This document shows positions 1 to 11,772 of a stretch of 64,000 nucleotides of DNA, piece after piece (positions within the stretch are counted from its first letter, which is position 1; each line of letters starts with the position of its first letter). Origin of the DNA: Macrostomum lignano (lineage: Eukaryota); contig NIVC01001880.1 in assembly GCA_002269645.1 (NCBI GenBank), forward strand, positions 1-64,000. Reading direction: 5' to 3'. Position numbers and translations under genes: made by a program. The notes under the pieces are model-generated. The model was not told the origin of the DNA. It saw only the letters and a list, made by a program, of their open reading frames with translations, and made no database searches.

Positions 1-106
1 GATTAGCAATCCATTCCATTCCTGCATCCATGATAGGCTAGATTAGCAATCCATTCTATTCCTGCACCCATGATGGGCTAGATTAGCAATGCATTCTATT
101 CCTGCA
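1..106. repeat. 40-bp minisatellite, ~2.6 copies visible, ending just before the UBR exon acceptor
   Basis: GATTAGCAATCCATTC(C/T)ATTCCTGCA(T/C)CCATGAT(A/G)GGCTA at 1, 41, 81; followed by TATCCTTTCAG (acceptor-like, ~107-117). Confidence 0.9.
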
Positions 107-117
107 TATCCTTTCAG

Positions 118-960
118 CTGGTCACGCTCCTACAGATTGCTGCTGGCCTCTGGTCGTCACCACCGCCTCCGCGCCCAGCTCGCCGCCGACGTGCGCGCAG
201 CCGCCGCGCCATTCTTGCGTTCAGCTGTCCGCCTTTACGCTTGCCTCTCCGGTCGAGACGGGGCCGCCAGTCCCCGAGTCTGGAATCACCGACGAGGAGG
301 CGGAATTTCGCGCGTCTTGCCGAGCTGCTCCGCCTGCCCGCCGATCCTGCATCTGTTCGCCGCCTCGCCCGCCGCCGCCGACCTCGCCAGCCACTGGTGC
401 CTTGACCCCGGCTGGAGGGCCGCCGCAAGCGCCCAGCTGGAATTCCAAGCCGCTCGCTGGCGCGCTGCCCGACGACTACGCGGAGCTGCTGGCTGCTCGA
501 CTCGCCGCTGAGTCGCCGCTGCTGCCCGGACGCCGATTCCAGCGCCGGGCCGGGCGGCCTCAGCCATTTCCGACGGCCCGTCCGGCCCTCTGCCTAATCT
601 GCGGCCGCCTGGTTTGCGCCGCTGCTGCCGGTCCGCTGCCCGACGGTCGGCCTGTCGGCGCCGCGGGCGCCCACGCCAGGCTGTGCAGCGGCGCCGGCGC
701 AGGCGTCTTCCTCCGGCTGGCTGGCGCCGACCTCTGCTCGTGGCGCCGACTTTTGGAGCTGCCTGCATTGCCGCCGCGCGCCTATGCGGACAAAATTCAG
801 CGGCGGCGAGGCGCCGGGCCCGGACAGCCGATGCGACTGGACGGAGCGGCCCTGCGGCGGCTTCGGGCGGACTGGCTGGGCCACCGCCTGCTGCCGAGGC
901 CATTCGGCGCGGTGCGCGACGGGACGAGCCGTGACGGACTGGGCATTTTTCTTCTGGCTG
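118..960 (+). CDS. C-terminal exon of a UBR1/UBR2-like N-recognin E3 ubiquitin ligase; several frameshifts (errors or pseudogene)
   Basis: ORF 402-995 has LPDDYAELL, PALCLICGRLVC, VGAAGAHARLCSGAGAGVFLRL, RAYAD and GQPMRLDGAALRRLRADWLGHRL. These are colinear with the UBR1/2 C-terminal motifs as I recall them ([61 protein letters not shown]). The upstream part (AAPFLRSAVRLYACLSG; AELLRLP) lies in other frames. Confidence 0.8.
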
Positions 961-1447
961 TGCACAGCCCCCCTAACTGTCTTTCCCTGTCATGATCTCC
1001 ATCAATGTCTAGTCAGATTCTACAGCCTTTTCGCACTCTTCAACCCGCCCTGTGTCTGCATGCCTGGCGCCTGTAGTATTTAGCTGTTTGTGTGTCCTTT
1101 TTTACTAAGAACCCAGCCTGTCGCTCAGTTTATCCTTTTTTAACCTTGGCCACTTTTAATTCAGCCATTCAGTATTAATCATATCTATATATTTTTTTTT
1201 TAATAATCAGGGCCGCATGTTTTTGTATGTGTTTTTAATGTCTTGGTACTAATATTGCATAGTTTTCCCCTTTTATGGTAGCTACGACTAATATTTAAGA
1301 ATAAAAAATACAGTTTTTTTCAAATTTTTCAAATTATTTCACAGCCATTTTTTCGAAATTTTACGAATTTGACTACTGATTACGTAACAACGTAAGTAGT
1401 GTATTATTTTGATGCAGTACAGCGTTCCCCATTCCTGCTTCATCACG

Positions 1448-1749
1448 ATGGGCAACTCCCAGGCTTCATCGCATCGCCTAGACGAGTCCGTGGTTGCCAA
1501 CTCGGCCGCTGCTGCCGGAACCGCCTCTCCTGTCGCCGGCTGCGTGCTGTCCGAGGATCCGCGCTCGCCCACCGAGGGCATCCGGCGAACGCCCATCGCC
1601 ATCGACAGCGACGATCACAACGGAGGCAAGGAGCGAGCTGGCGGGATTCGAGTCCAGGACGGCAAGCGGCTGTGCAGTACGCCGAGGCGGGCGCGCCGCC
1701 AGGCCGCCAGTGCAAGGATCGTACCAGCGGTTCGCGCTGAATGACAGCA
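1448..1749 (+). CDS. Probable first coding exon of an unknown protein (MGNSQASS...), frameshifted near its 3' end
   Basis: ATG at 1448 opens GC-rich, coding-like sequence that ends at a consensus donor GTGAGT at 1750. No domain recognised. Confidence 0.4.
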
Positions 1750-1794
1750 GTGAGTTTCTGGCTGCGCTCACTGCTGGGCCCAGCTGTTCTATGT

Positions 1795-2615
1795 ATTCCC
1801 CATCCTCAGATTGTGGTCTGTCAGCTTCCCTCATCCTCAGATTGTGTCTGCCAGCTTCCCTCATCCTGAGATTGTGATCTGCCAGCTTCCCTCATCCGGA
1901 GATTGTGATCTGCCAGCTTCCCTCATCTTCAGATTGTGATCTGCCAGCTTCCCTCATCCTCAGATTGTGGTCTGTCAGCTTCCCTCATCCTCAGATTGTG
2001 GTCTGCCAGCTTCCCTCATCCTGAGATTGTGATCTGCCAGCTTCCCTCATCCTCAGATTGTGATCTGCCAGCTTCCCTCATCCGGAGATTGTGATCTGCC
2101 AGCTTCCCTCATCCTGAGATTGTGATCTGCCAGCTTCCCTCATCCGGAGATTGTGATCTGCCAGCTTCCCTCATCCGGAGATTGTGATCTGCCAGCTTCC
2201 CTCATCCTGAGATTGTGATCTGCCAGCTTCCCTCATCCTGAGATTGTGATCTGCCAGCTTCCCTCATCCTGAGATTGTGATCTGCCAGCTTCCCTCATCC
2301 TAAGATTGTGATCTGCCAGCTTCCCTCATCCTAGATTGTGATCTGCCAGCTTCCCTCATCCTGAGATTGTGATCTGCAGCTTCCCTCATCTTGAGATTGT
2401 GATCTGCCAGCTTCCCTCATCCGGAGATTGTGATCTGCCAGCTTCCCTCATCCTCAGATTGTGATCTGCCAGCTTCCCTCATCTCCAGATTGTGATCTGC
2501 CAGCTTCCCTCATCTCCAGATTGTGATCTGCCAGCTTCCCTCATCCTGATATTGTGATCTGCCAGCTTCCCTCATCTCCAGATTGTGATCTGCCAGCTTC
2601 TCTCATCATCAGATT
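1795..2615. repeat. 31-bp minisatellite (~26 copies)
   Basis: Unit CTTCCCTCATCCTGAGATTGTGATCTGCCAG, period 31 (e.g. 2101/2132). Confidence 0.95.
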
Positions 2616-3118
2616 CTCATTAAAGACAATTTTAAGCAAGGTAATGAATTTTAAGAACATGATTATATGCATAGACACCCTTAATAATAGCCATGAATAT
2701 AAGTACAAGTGCTGCAGTCAGGAGTGCATTATCTTTTTAATTGTCTATGGACGCTGCCTGCACACTGCATGGGGTTGGGGCTGGCTGAGTCACGGCTTGC
2801 ACTGCTGAGCCAACAGTTTTTCATCAGTTTTGACTTGCTTTGACGAACTCTCTCTACGCTCCACCCCGCCGCAGCACTGGCACCCACCCCTCTTATCAGT
2901 TAAATAAAGTGTACACATCTTGTTAACTATCTTGGAGTCACGTGACTGACTAGCTGAGCGCCACCCCCCATTTTGTTCACCCGCCTCTGCCCAAACCCAA
3001 TAAATAAAGATAATTGACACGGAGAACGGCGGAGATAACAAACACCGGTTTGTTGAGTGCAGCGACAAGGTCTATTCAGTGGCAACAAGCAAACAATTGG
3101 AAAGAGTGAGCAAAAAAT

Positions 3119-3742
3119 GTCTCAGCACGAGAGCAGCTACGGTGACGATGAATTGGCCGAGATTGAGCAGCCCCGGCTGGAGGACAGCCGGACCTCCGTG
3201 ATGCAGCTGCCGCCCTACGATCTGCTGCTGATGCTGCCGAACTGCCGGGCCCTGGCCGACAGGACAGCCGTGCTCAGCAGCACCTTGATGCAGGAGTCTG
3301 GCCCGGAGTCCGACTGGCCTACAGCGTCCAGCATCGGCCTGGCCAATTCGCGCGACTCCGGCCGGCTGAGCGACAAGCTCAACAATGCCAAGCTCAGCCT
3401 GGGCGTCACCGGCAGCTCCTCATCCTCGTTGGCCTCCGCTGCTGCCGTTGTCGACACTCCGGCCGCTGTCGTCGCTGCCACCGCTGACGACGCCTCCGAC
3501 GCGTTGATCCCTTCGATAAGCGACGAGCAGTGCGAGGGACGGCCGGACTTGTCGAGAATCTTTCGCCCGCCTCCTCGCCGCGGCTACGCATTCCGGCCAG
3601 CGAGGAGGAATTGCCGCCGCCGGCCGCTGCCGCCGACTTGGACTTCTCTGGGGCCAGCGCGCGGCAGCAGCCGGCCGACCCCGTCCAGCAGCCGCGGCAG
3701 CCGGCCCAGCGCATGCTCGCCTGCTTCAAGTCTGCTGTCTGA
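3119..3742 (+). CDS. Probable coding exon(s), low-complexity Ser/Ala/acidic protein of unknown function, with an apparent frameshift near 3535
   Basis: ORF 3057-3977 reads as plausible protein (MSQHESSYGDDELAEIEQPRLED...) to ~3535; the plausible reading then continues in the frame of ORF 3530-3742 (GLVENLSPASSPRLRIPASEEEL...). No homology recognised. Confidence 0.45.
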
Positions 3743-5336
3743 CGCTGGACGTCCTGTCCGAAGGCGGCCTGCTCTGCGACGATGCCCGGCGCTGGCTGAC
3801 GCCGGAACTGCTTTGCGACAAGCTTTGCGACCGGCTGGCCCGGCCGGCCAGGCCGTCCGCCCCACACCCAGCCTCGGACACCGCCTCGTCCAACGCCTCG
3901 GCCGCCTCAGAGTCGTCTTCGGAGTCATCAGCTGTCGATGCTGCCGAGACGGCGGCAGGCGCGGACTCGCCGAATAACCGAGTCCGGCGCTGGCTGAAGG
4001 CTGCGGCCGCCTCGCCGCCGCCCGTGGCGCCACACGCCCGGCCGAACTATTCGATCTGATTTGCGCAAGTCTCGAGCTATTCGAACTGTTAATCATTGGT
4101 TTTGCTCTCCCTAGTGATTCGCGTCTGATTTGCATTGAAAATTCCGTATGAAATTTGATTCCGCCTTCCAGCATCGTCGCTTGATTTTTTACACTGCTTT
4201 AACCCGGTCAGCATTTTTTTAATTACCGCCTTTTTGCTTTCATTTATATCATATGGCCTATAAGTAGAATTTGTACTTCTATTCTTACGTTTTAAATTCG
4301 CATTCGCAGGTGTCTTAACTGCCAATAAAATACTCTCTCTGATCTGAATGAGCATCGGCAAGTTTTAAAGAAAATCTAGAAAATATATAATTGTCTCTTT
4401 AGTTGCTCACTGCTCTACTGATGCAAGTAGCCCAGGCTGCTATTTCTAATCTATTTTCTTAGTACTGAAATTTTAACTGGTTCTTCGTACTTCTTTCGAA
4501 GAATTAAGGCCAACATAACGGTGACTCAATCCTGAGTACCCCTGAGTACCTTTCTTTTTTTCCGAGCAGTGCAGCCTCTTAATCGAATGCTCTACAGTAA
4601 ACCGTTGTTCAATTTCTTCCGCGTGTGTTGCAACAATTCGCACTAAAGCTCCTGAGTGGATGCTCAATCTGCAGGCCGCTTCTGCTCCACTAAGCTTCTG
4701 GCCCACTGCGCTGCCGTCCCAGCCGCCTGTCTGTGCATTTGCAGCCGTGTAGAAACCGCGCACGAAGCATTGGTTTATCAAGTAATTAGCAGGCGTAATG
4801 CACAAACAGCTGATTCAGTGCTTTATTGCGTGTGTTTTAATATTGGTTGCTGGGGCCCAGCAACAATTTTAACCTAATTATTGGCAAGCAAAAGTTTTTC
4901 TTTCAGCAAATTAATTTTAAAACCTGTGCAAAAATGGTGGGAAAATCATGACGAAAAGCAACAGAAAAGCTGGTTTTCGAGGCTAAGAAAGTGCGCCAGC
5001 ACTCGTGCAACTCATTGTAGCCAGGCAGTCTGGTGCCCCATCAGCTTGGAGAGTCTGGCTGGCGCGTGAGAGCAACAGAATTGAAGCAAACACTTAGACA
5101 GCATAGTACAACATTTCAGAGGGGGGGGTTCTGCAGTTCAAATGCAACTTGAAGTTGCAGGGAAAAATATTTTACATCAACTAAACTGTCACAGAAAGAG
5201 GCAGATGAGAAATAGAAATTTATTCTGCTTAGTGCAGATTGTTGAGAGAAGCTCGGCTATAAGGAATATTTTGCCTGCAGTTAATCATCTCCGCAATCAA
5301 TAGAATTCAATTGGTACTTCGGCTACAAATCGAAAA

Positions 5337-6959
5337 TCAAAGAAACTGGGAGATTCGCACAAAATTATCAGAGTTCAAGAGAATCTTTTCATGCCGCTGG
5401 CTTGCTGTGTGCGGACCTGCTGCACCGCCTAGACCGTCCACATCAGCGGCCCGCCGGACGGCGGCCCTCGGCAGTGCAGGCAGCGACGTTGTTGACTTGG
5501 CCGAGTAGCCAATCAGCCGGATCGGCTCGTCATCTTCCAGCTCGGGCAGGTGGCAGCCGCCGCTGACGCAGACAGTCGACACTCCGCCGCTGCTGGCGGC
5601 TGACCCTGACACTGACGGCTTGGAGCCGCGCCCGACCAGCCGGCCGGAGCTGCAGCAGTAGGCGGCGGCCAGGACTCCTCCAAGGAAGGCGCCGGCGGTG
5701 AGCAGCGCGGTGCCCAGGATGCCTCGCTTGTCCACGTGCCAGCCGCCGTGGCTGTTGACTTGGGTGACGCCTGTGACCGAGGCTGGTTGGTCCTTCGTGA
5801 CAGTGTCGGCTGCCGCTGCGGCCACTGGCTGGAGAGACGACACCACCGGCAGGGGAGGTAATAGTGTTGGTGGCAACTTCAATCCCGATGTCTTGCCGAC
5901 CGTGCTGCACTCGGCGAAGCAATTCCCGGCGAGTTGGCGTGCGGCCGAGCTGCACAGCTGTTCAGCCTGCTCGGCAAAGTCCTCAGTTTCGATTACGTAT
6001 TCGCAAAACTGGGCAAAGTCCTGCAGCATCTGGCCGAGCGTCCAGTTCGCCAGGCTGATCCCGTTGAGCAGCAGCCGGCCGTCGGGCCACAGGGCGCATG
6101 CTGCCGGCGCCAGCTTGATGACACTCAGCATCGTCTCTTCATCGTGATCGTCGACTCGCAGGCTGTGCAGGCCGGCCAGCCCCGCCAGCAGCAGCTGCTT
6201 CTGCGGCAGCCGGTCGAGTCGGAGTCGGCGAAGGCCGTCGGCTTGGCAGAGGGCGCCGTCCCACGACGCTTGAAGGTCGGCCAGCTGAAGGTCTGTCAGC
6301 GATGGCGCCGCGGCTACGGCATTGAGTGACTTCAGGCGCGGACTGCCGAGGATGCTGAGCTCGGCCAGGTGGGCCAGGCCGGTCAGGGTGTCCGGCTGCA
6401 GGCAGGACAGCAGGCTGTTTCCTTGGAGCCGCAAGCTGACCAGCCTGGGCACCGAGTCGAACATATCTTTTGACAAGCAGGTGGCGTTCGACTCGGCGAC
6501 TTCCAGGTGTCGCAGCTGCGGCAGGCTCGACAGCGCTGATAGGTCGAGGCGGCGCTGCCGCAGGCGCCTCAGCGACAGTAGGTGTCCTTCTTTCACCGTC
6601 TCGGCCAGGCTGGCGAACGCCTCCCTCGGCAGAATGTTGACGTCGGTGTCGCCAGTCTTGACCAGCGTTGTTTCGTCCAGCATCCACACTGGCCGCCGCC
6701 TATCGTCATCCTGCTGGTCGGTGGTTGGTGGCATCAGCAGCATCGCCTGCCGCCTGAAGGCGAAGCCCCGCTCGACGTAGCCGGCGACCGCGTCTGGCCG
6801 GCAGTCCAGCAGCACCGGCTGGATGGGGCCTCTGCGGCGGTAGAGCCGGCAGTTCACGCGGATCACAGAGGAGGTCGGGCGCTGGCTGCTGTCCCTCTGC
6901 ATTGTCAGGCTGTCAGCTGTTAAAGCTGCCAGCAGCGCTAGCAGCAGCATTTGCGACAT
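5337..6959 (-). CDS. Leucine-rich-repeat type-I transmembrane protein, single exon, no TIR domain
   Basis: Uninterrupted ORF. Signal peptide MSQMLLLALLAALTA from ATG 6959 (upstream in-frame ATG at 6995); LRRs LxxLxLxxN (LPQLRHLEVAES, VPRLVSLRLQGN, LAHLAELSILGS); TM segment GILGTALLTAGAFLGGVLAAAYCC; ~100-aa cytoplasmic tail. Confidence 0.85.
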   Translation of the reverse strand: MSQMLLLALLAALTADSLTMQRDSSQRPTSSVIRVNCRLYRRRGPIQPVLLDCRPDAVAGYVERGFAFRRQAMLLMPPTTDQQDDDRRRPVWMLDETTLVKTGDTDVNILPREAFASLAETVKEGHLLSLRRLRQRRLDLSALSSLPQLRHLEVAESNATCLSKDMFDSVPRLVSLRLQGNSLLSCLQPDTLTGLAHLAELSILGSPRLKSLNAVAAAPSLTDLQLADLQASWDGALCQADGLRRLRLDRLPQKQLLLAGLAGLHSLRVDDHDEETMLSVIKLAPAACALWPDGRLLLNGISLANWTLGQMLQDFAQFCEYVIETEDFAEQAEQLCSSAARQLAGNCFAECSTVGKTSGLKLPPTLLPPLPVVSSLQPVAAAAADTVTKDQPASVTGVTQVNSHGGWHVDKRGILGTALLTAGAFLGGVLAAAYCCSSGRLVGRGSKPSVSGSAASSGGVSTVCVSGGCHLPELEDDEPIRLIGYSAKSTTSLPALPRAAVRRAADVDGLGGAAGPHTASQRHEKILLNSDNFVRISQFL

Positions 6960-8084
6960 CGTTTGATGCAGCTTGTTGAGGAATTGAGCCGGCATTGAGT
7001 CTGCTCGAGCTGCGGGTGCACGGCTGCTTAACTGTGATCTTACACCTAGCTTTCTGATTGAAGATTCTGGATTTTAAAATCTTATTCCCTGATATAGAAA
7101 CTCGGCACTAATCTGTGACTTTTCGACTCTGAAATTTTGGTATCTCAGGATTGATCTGACTGGTATTGCGAAGGCTATCAGAGAAGTCTTTTAAGCTTCC
7201 CCAAGATTAAGCGATTACAACTGCCGAGACGATATCTTGAGTTCATCTTGCATTCACATTAAGTTCGTCATTGAAAATTGCACCGGTTCCTTATTTAGCC
7301 ATGTATAATGCTGCCTATATTAGGCCGCGGTCAGTTCTTAATGTCGGGCGTTAATCGAGCGAGCTCCGGAAGGGGGGGGTTCCAAGTCAAACTGCGCAGA
7401 TCAGTTCCTTTTTTGGCGGGTTTCTGTGCCGCGCTTATCAATTTGGGTTTCCATGGCTACTTGAACAAGTCAATCGCTACAGTTTGACTTTATTTTTGCA
7501 AAGAAAGCTGTTTATCAAATTATGAAAAAAGATTGCATGGAAACAAGCTTTATGCTATACTGTTATTCAGTTTTGCTACTAAAATTGGCTAAAAGCATCA
7601 GCTGGTGCTGCAGTATCTTAATTTCAAAGTACCCAAGTATTTTGTGTCTGTTTATGCAGAACTCAGCCCTTCTGTGAAACTGAAATCTTCCAACTTTCCG
7701 ACCGTTAAAATGTCAATAATTTTTTATTTATGACTTGAGGAAAATCCTGACTATGTACGCCATCAAATTAGTTCTGAGATATTTATCATTTGGTTTATAA
7801 TACGCTAATAACATCATCAGTTTACTGCGCCTGCTGGTTTCTGTGAAATCTGATATTATCTTAACTAACTACTGCTTTGCTCCTTTTTACCCCCCCCCCC
7901 CTGTCCTGTCAAGCTGCGATTTACGAGGACTACTGTATTAAGGCTGGGCGAGCCCTGGCTATTGGTTACTAATTCTGAAATAACACACGTACGCAAAGGT
8001 GACAGTTTATGATAGTTTATTTATTATTTATATATTTTTACCAGTATTTATACAATCTAAGCTCTCCCTAAGTCTCCTGTCTCC

Positions 8085-9385
8085 CGTCTTTCCTTCATCT
8101 CCCCTCTTGTCTCTTCTGTCTCCCCTGTCTCCCCTCTCTCTCTTCCCTCTCTCCCTCTCTCCTCCCTCCCCTCTCTCCCCTCCCTGTCCTGCCCTCTCTC
8201 CCTCCCTGTCTGCCCTGTCTGCCCTCCCTGTCTGCCCTCTCTCCCCTCCCTGTCTGCCCTGTCTGCCCTCCCTGTCTGCCCCGTCTCCCCTCCCTGTCTG
8301 CCCTGTCTCCCCTTCCTGTCTGCCCCTTCTCCCCTCCCTGTCTGCCCCGTCTCCCCTCACTGTCTGCCCTGTCTCCCCTTCCTGTCTGCCCCGTCTCCCC
8401 TCCCTGTCTGCCCCGTCTCCCCTCCCTGTCTGCCCGTCTCCCCTCCCTGTCTGCCCCGTCTCCCCTCCCTGTCTGCCCCGTCTTCCCTCCCTGTCTGCCC
8501 TGTCTCCCCTCCCTGTCTGCCCCGTCTCCCCTCCCTGTCTGCCCCGTCTCCCCTCCCTGTCTGCCCCGTCTCCCCTCCCTGTCTGCCCGTCTCCCCTCAC
8601 TGTCTGCCCTGTCTCCCCTCCCTGTCTGCCCTGTCTCCCCTCACTGTCTGCCTTGTCTCCCCTCACTGTCTGCCCTGTCTCCCCTCACTGTCTGCCCTGT
8701 CTCCCCTCACTGTCTGCCCTGTCTCCCCTTCCTGTCTGCCCCGTCTCCCCTCCCTGTCTGCCCCGTCTCCCCTCCCTGTCTGCCCCGTCTTCCCTCCCTG
8801 TCTGCCCCGTCTCCCCTCCCTGTCTGCCCCGTCTCCCCTCACTGTCTGCCCTGTCTCCCCTCCCTGTCTGCCCTGTCTCCCCTCACTGTCTGCCTTGTCT
8901 CCCCTCACTGTCTGCCCTGTCTCCCCTCACTGTCTGCCCTGTCTCCCCTCACTGTCTTCCCTCTCTCCCTCTCTCCTCCCTCCCCTCTCTCCCCTCCCTG
9001 TCTGCCCTCTCTCCCCTCCCTGTCTGCCCTGTCTCCCCTCCCTGTCTGCCCCGTCTCCCCTCACTGTCTGCCCTGTCTCCCCCTCCTGTCTGCCCCGTCT
9101 CCCCTCACTGTCTTCCCTCTCTCCCTCTCTCCTCCCTCCCCTCTCTCCCCTCTCTGTCTGCTCTGTCTCCCCTCACTGTCTGCCTTGTCTCCCCTCACTG
9201 TCTGCCCTGTCTCCCCTCACTGTCTGCCCCGTCTCCCCTCACTGTCTGCCTTGTCTCCCCTCACTGTCTGCCCTGTCTCCCCTCACTGTCTGCCCCGTCT
9301 CCCCTCACTGTCTGCCCTGTCTCCCCTCACTGTCTGCCCCGTCTCCCCTCACTGTCTGCCCTCTCTCCCCCTCTGTCTCCCATGT
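8085..9385. repeat. 22-bp pyrimidine-rich minisatellite
   Basis: Unit ~CTCCCTGTCTGCCCCGTCTCCC; accounts for ORFs 7999-9425. Confidence 0.95.
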
Positions 9386-9863
9386 GTACTCCCTTGATAG
9401 CTTAGCTTTAAAAAATTGCTTTTAGCTTACCTTCTTTTGATCGGTCTTCAGAGCCGCTAAATATCAGTAATATATGAATTTTTATGTCTAGCGTTGCACT
9501 TAGGCAGACAGACAGACAGTCTTCTATATGCCCTCCAAGTGTTTAATATGTATATTTAGACTAAGGCAGAATAGGCGGCTCCCCGTCTTCAGTCTGCAGC
9601 ACGGCCTCTTGGCCAATCAGCGGCCAGCCACCTCTTCTGCCTGGCCTACCTTGCCTTCCCCTCCATTAAACTTTCCCATGTTATATTAATAATTTGGTTG
9701 TTTGGCTGTTATTGAAAACTTAAAACAGATGAAGACGGTCAAATATTTGCCCTCTAAGGCTTCGAATGGCATGATTAATTCCAACATGGAAGTGATGTCT
9801 TGTGAAGCATAGAAATCAATCAGTCATGCTGTCTGACTGGTTGCACTTATTAACCCTAACCCA

Positions 9864-10520
9864 GTGCACCTGTGGACTCAGTCGACGTCTTTAGCAGCCC
9901 CACCTTGCACCTACGGGGCTCATTTGTGTCCTTGCTGCCCTACCTTGCACCTCTGGGGCTCATTTGTGTCTTTAATGCCCCACCTTGCACCTCTGGGGCT
10001 CATTTGTGTCTTTACTGCCCCACCTTGCACCTCTGGGGCTCATTTGTGTCTTTACTGCCCCACCTTGCACCTCTGGGGCTCATTTGTGTCTTTACTGCCC
10101 CATCTTGCACCTGTGCGGCTCATTTGTGTCCTTGCTGCCCCACCTTGCACCTCTGGGCTCATTTGTATCTTTAATGCCCCACCTTGCACCTGTGGGGCTC
10201 ATTTGTATCTTTAATGCCCCACCTTGCACCTCTGGGGCTCATTTGTATCTTTAATGCCCCACCTTGCACCTGTGGGGCTCATTTGTATCTTTAATGCCCC
10301 ACCTTGCACCTCTGGGGCTCATTTGTATCTTTAATGCCCCACCTTGCACCTGTGGGGCTCATTTGTATCTTTAATGCCCCACCTTGCACCTCTGGGGCTC
10401 ATTTGTATCTTTAATGCCCCACCTTGCACCTGTGGGGCTCATTTGTATCTTTAATGCCCCACCTTGCACCTGTGGCGCTCATTTGTGTCTTTAGTAATCC
10501 CCTGCATCTGCGAGGCTCAT
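9864..10520. repeat. 40-bp minisatellite (~16 copies)
   Basis: Unit CCCACCTTGCACCTCTGGGGCTCATTTGTATCTTTAATGC, period 40 (10201/10241). Confidence 0.95.
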
Positions 10521-11772
10521 TTGTGTGCTAAATGTGTCCTGTACTCTTTTCCTCTTGCTCCACCTGTCTGCTAGTTAGGGATGCAGGCAAGGTTGTGACA
10601 GCAAAGTCCTTGGTTGCGGAGTTGGTGAGCATGCCTGCAGCATTAACAACACGCAACCCCGTTTCCTTGTCGCGCTCAAAGGAACAGATGCAATTATGTT
10701 GTCACAAAGGCCGTCAGTCTCTGCGCATCCTATGTGAGAAGCGGCCTATTCGGCTCGTTTAATTTAATCTAAACGCATTAATGATGAGTAGTTGCGTCTG
10801 AGTCTGGCGCACTTTATGCGCTTTGTTATTATAATCTAAATATAGTTCTCTTTCTTCAGGGGTCATCTCTACTGCGTTGTGTCGTGTCGTGGAGTTTTAA
10901 ACATAGAATCTGGATTATGTTTTTATCCAAAAACTTGAGTACTGCTTGCTTAAAAAGCTTTCCGCTCAAGACTGTAGAAGGCCTAGAAGTCCTTAGCTCT
11001 GCTCCCTGTCCCATCTGAGTCTCTTTAAAAGTAAGGTATTGGGATTTTTACACTCTCGTCTCAGTCATCTGCATGCTTCAGTGCAGTTTAAAAAGGCCCT
11101 TAAAACTCTTTGATCGCCGGAATGAAAGTTTAGAAGCAGTCTGATGATTTCTCTTCTTTTCAAATTTGCAACAAGTGTGTTTAGCTCTGCAGCTTTCGGC
11201 TGCTGTTGGGGCTGTATTCATATAGTGCTGGTCTGAATCAGAGAGCCTTGCTCTTTGTTCCTATAAGCAGATTACCCGTCGGGTGGTCTTTGTCTGCGCT
11301 ATATCATTAATCATTTTGGCCGCTCCAGTTTTGCACAGTACCAGCTTCTGAAGTCTGTGCTGGTCGGGCAATGCTGAATATCCAGGAATTTACTTTTTTT
11401 ATGCTTATCGCCACTGTCTCTGGGACCAGTTGGGCTCGTTTATTGAGCGAGTGTGTACGGCTGCAACACTTTTCGAAGGGTTCTATGCATCTCTCACGCC
11501 TCACTCTCATCCCCTCTCTCCCTGGCTATGACTGAAACTCGCTGGGAATTCCTGTTTTCTTTTGCGCAATTGCCGCCTTGGCACCAAAAAGAAAAAAAGG
11601 TTAACCGGCTTTAAAATGCTTCATCTATTTTGATGAGGCTCTGCTATTCAACATGCTGCGTAGTTTTGATGCAATTTTTTGTGGGGCACTTCTTCCGATA
11701 CAGATTTGGTGATGTTGCTAAACTGCTGGTTTCAGTTTTTCCCAATTTATCAACACGTCAAAGTGATCTTCA

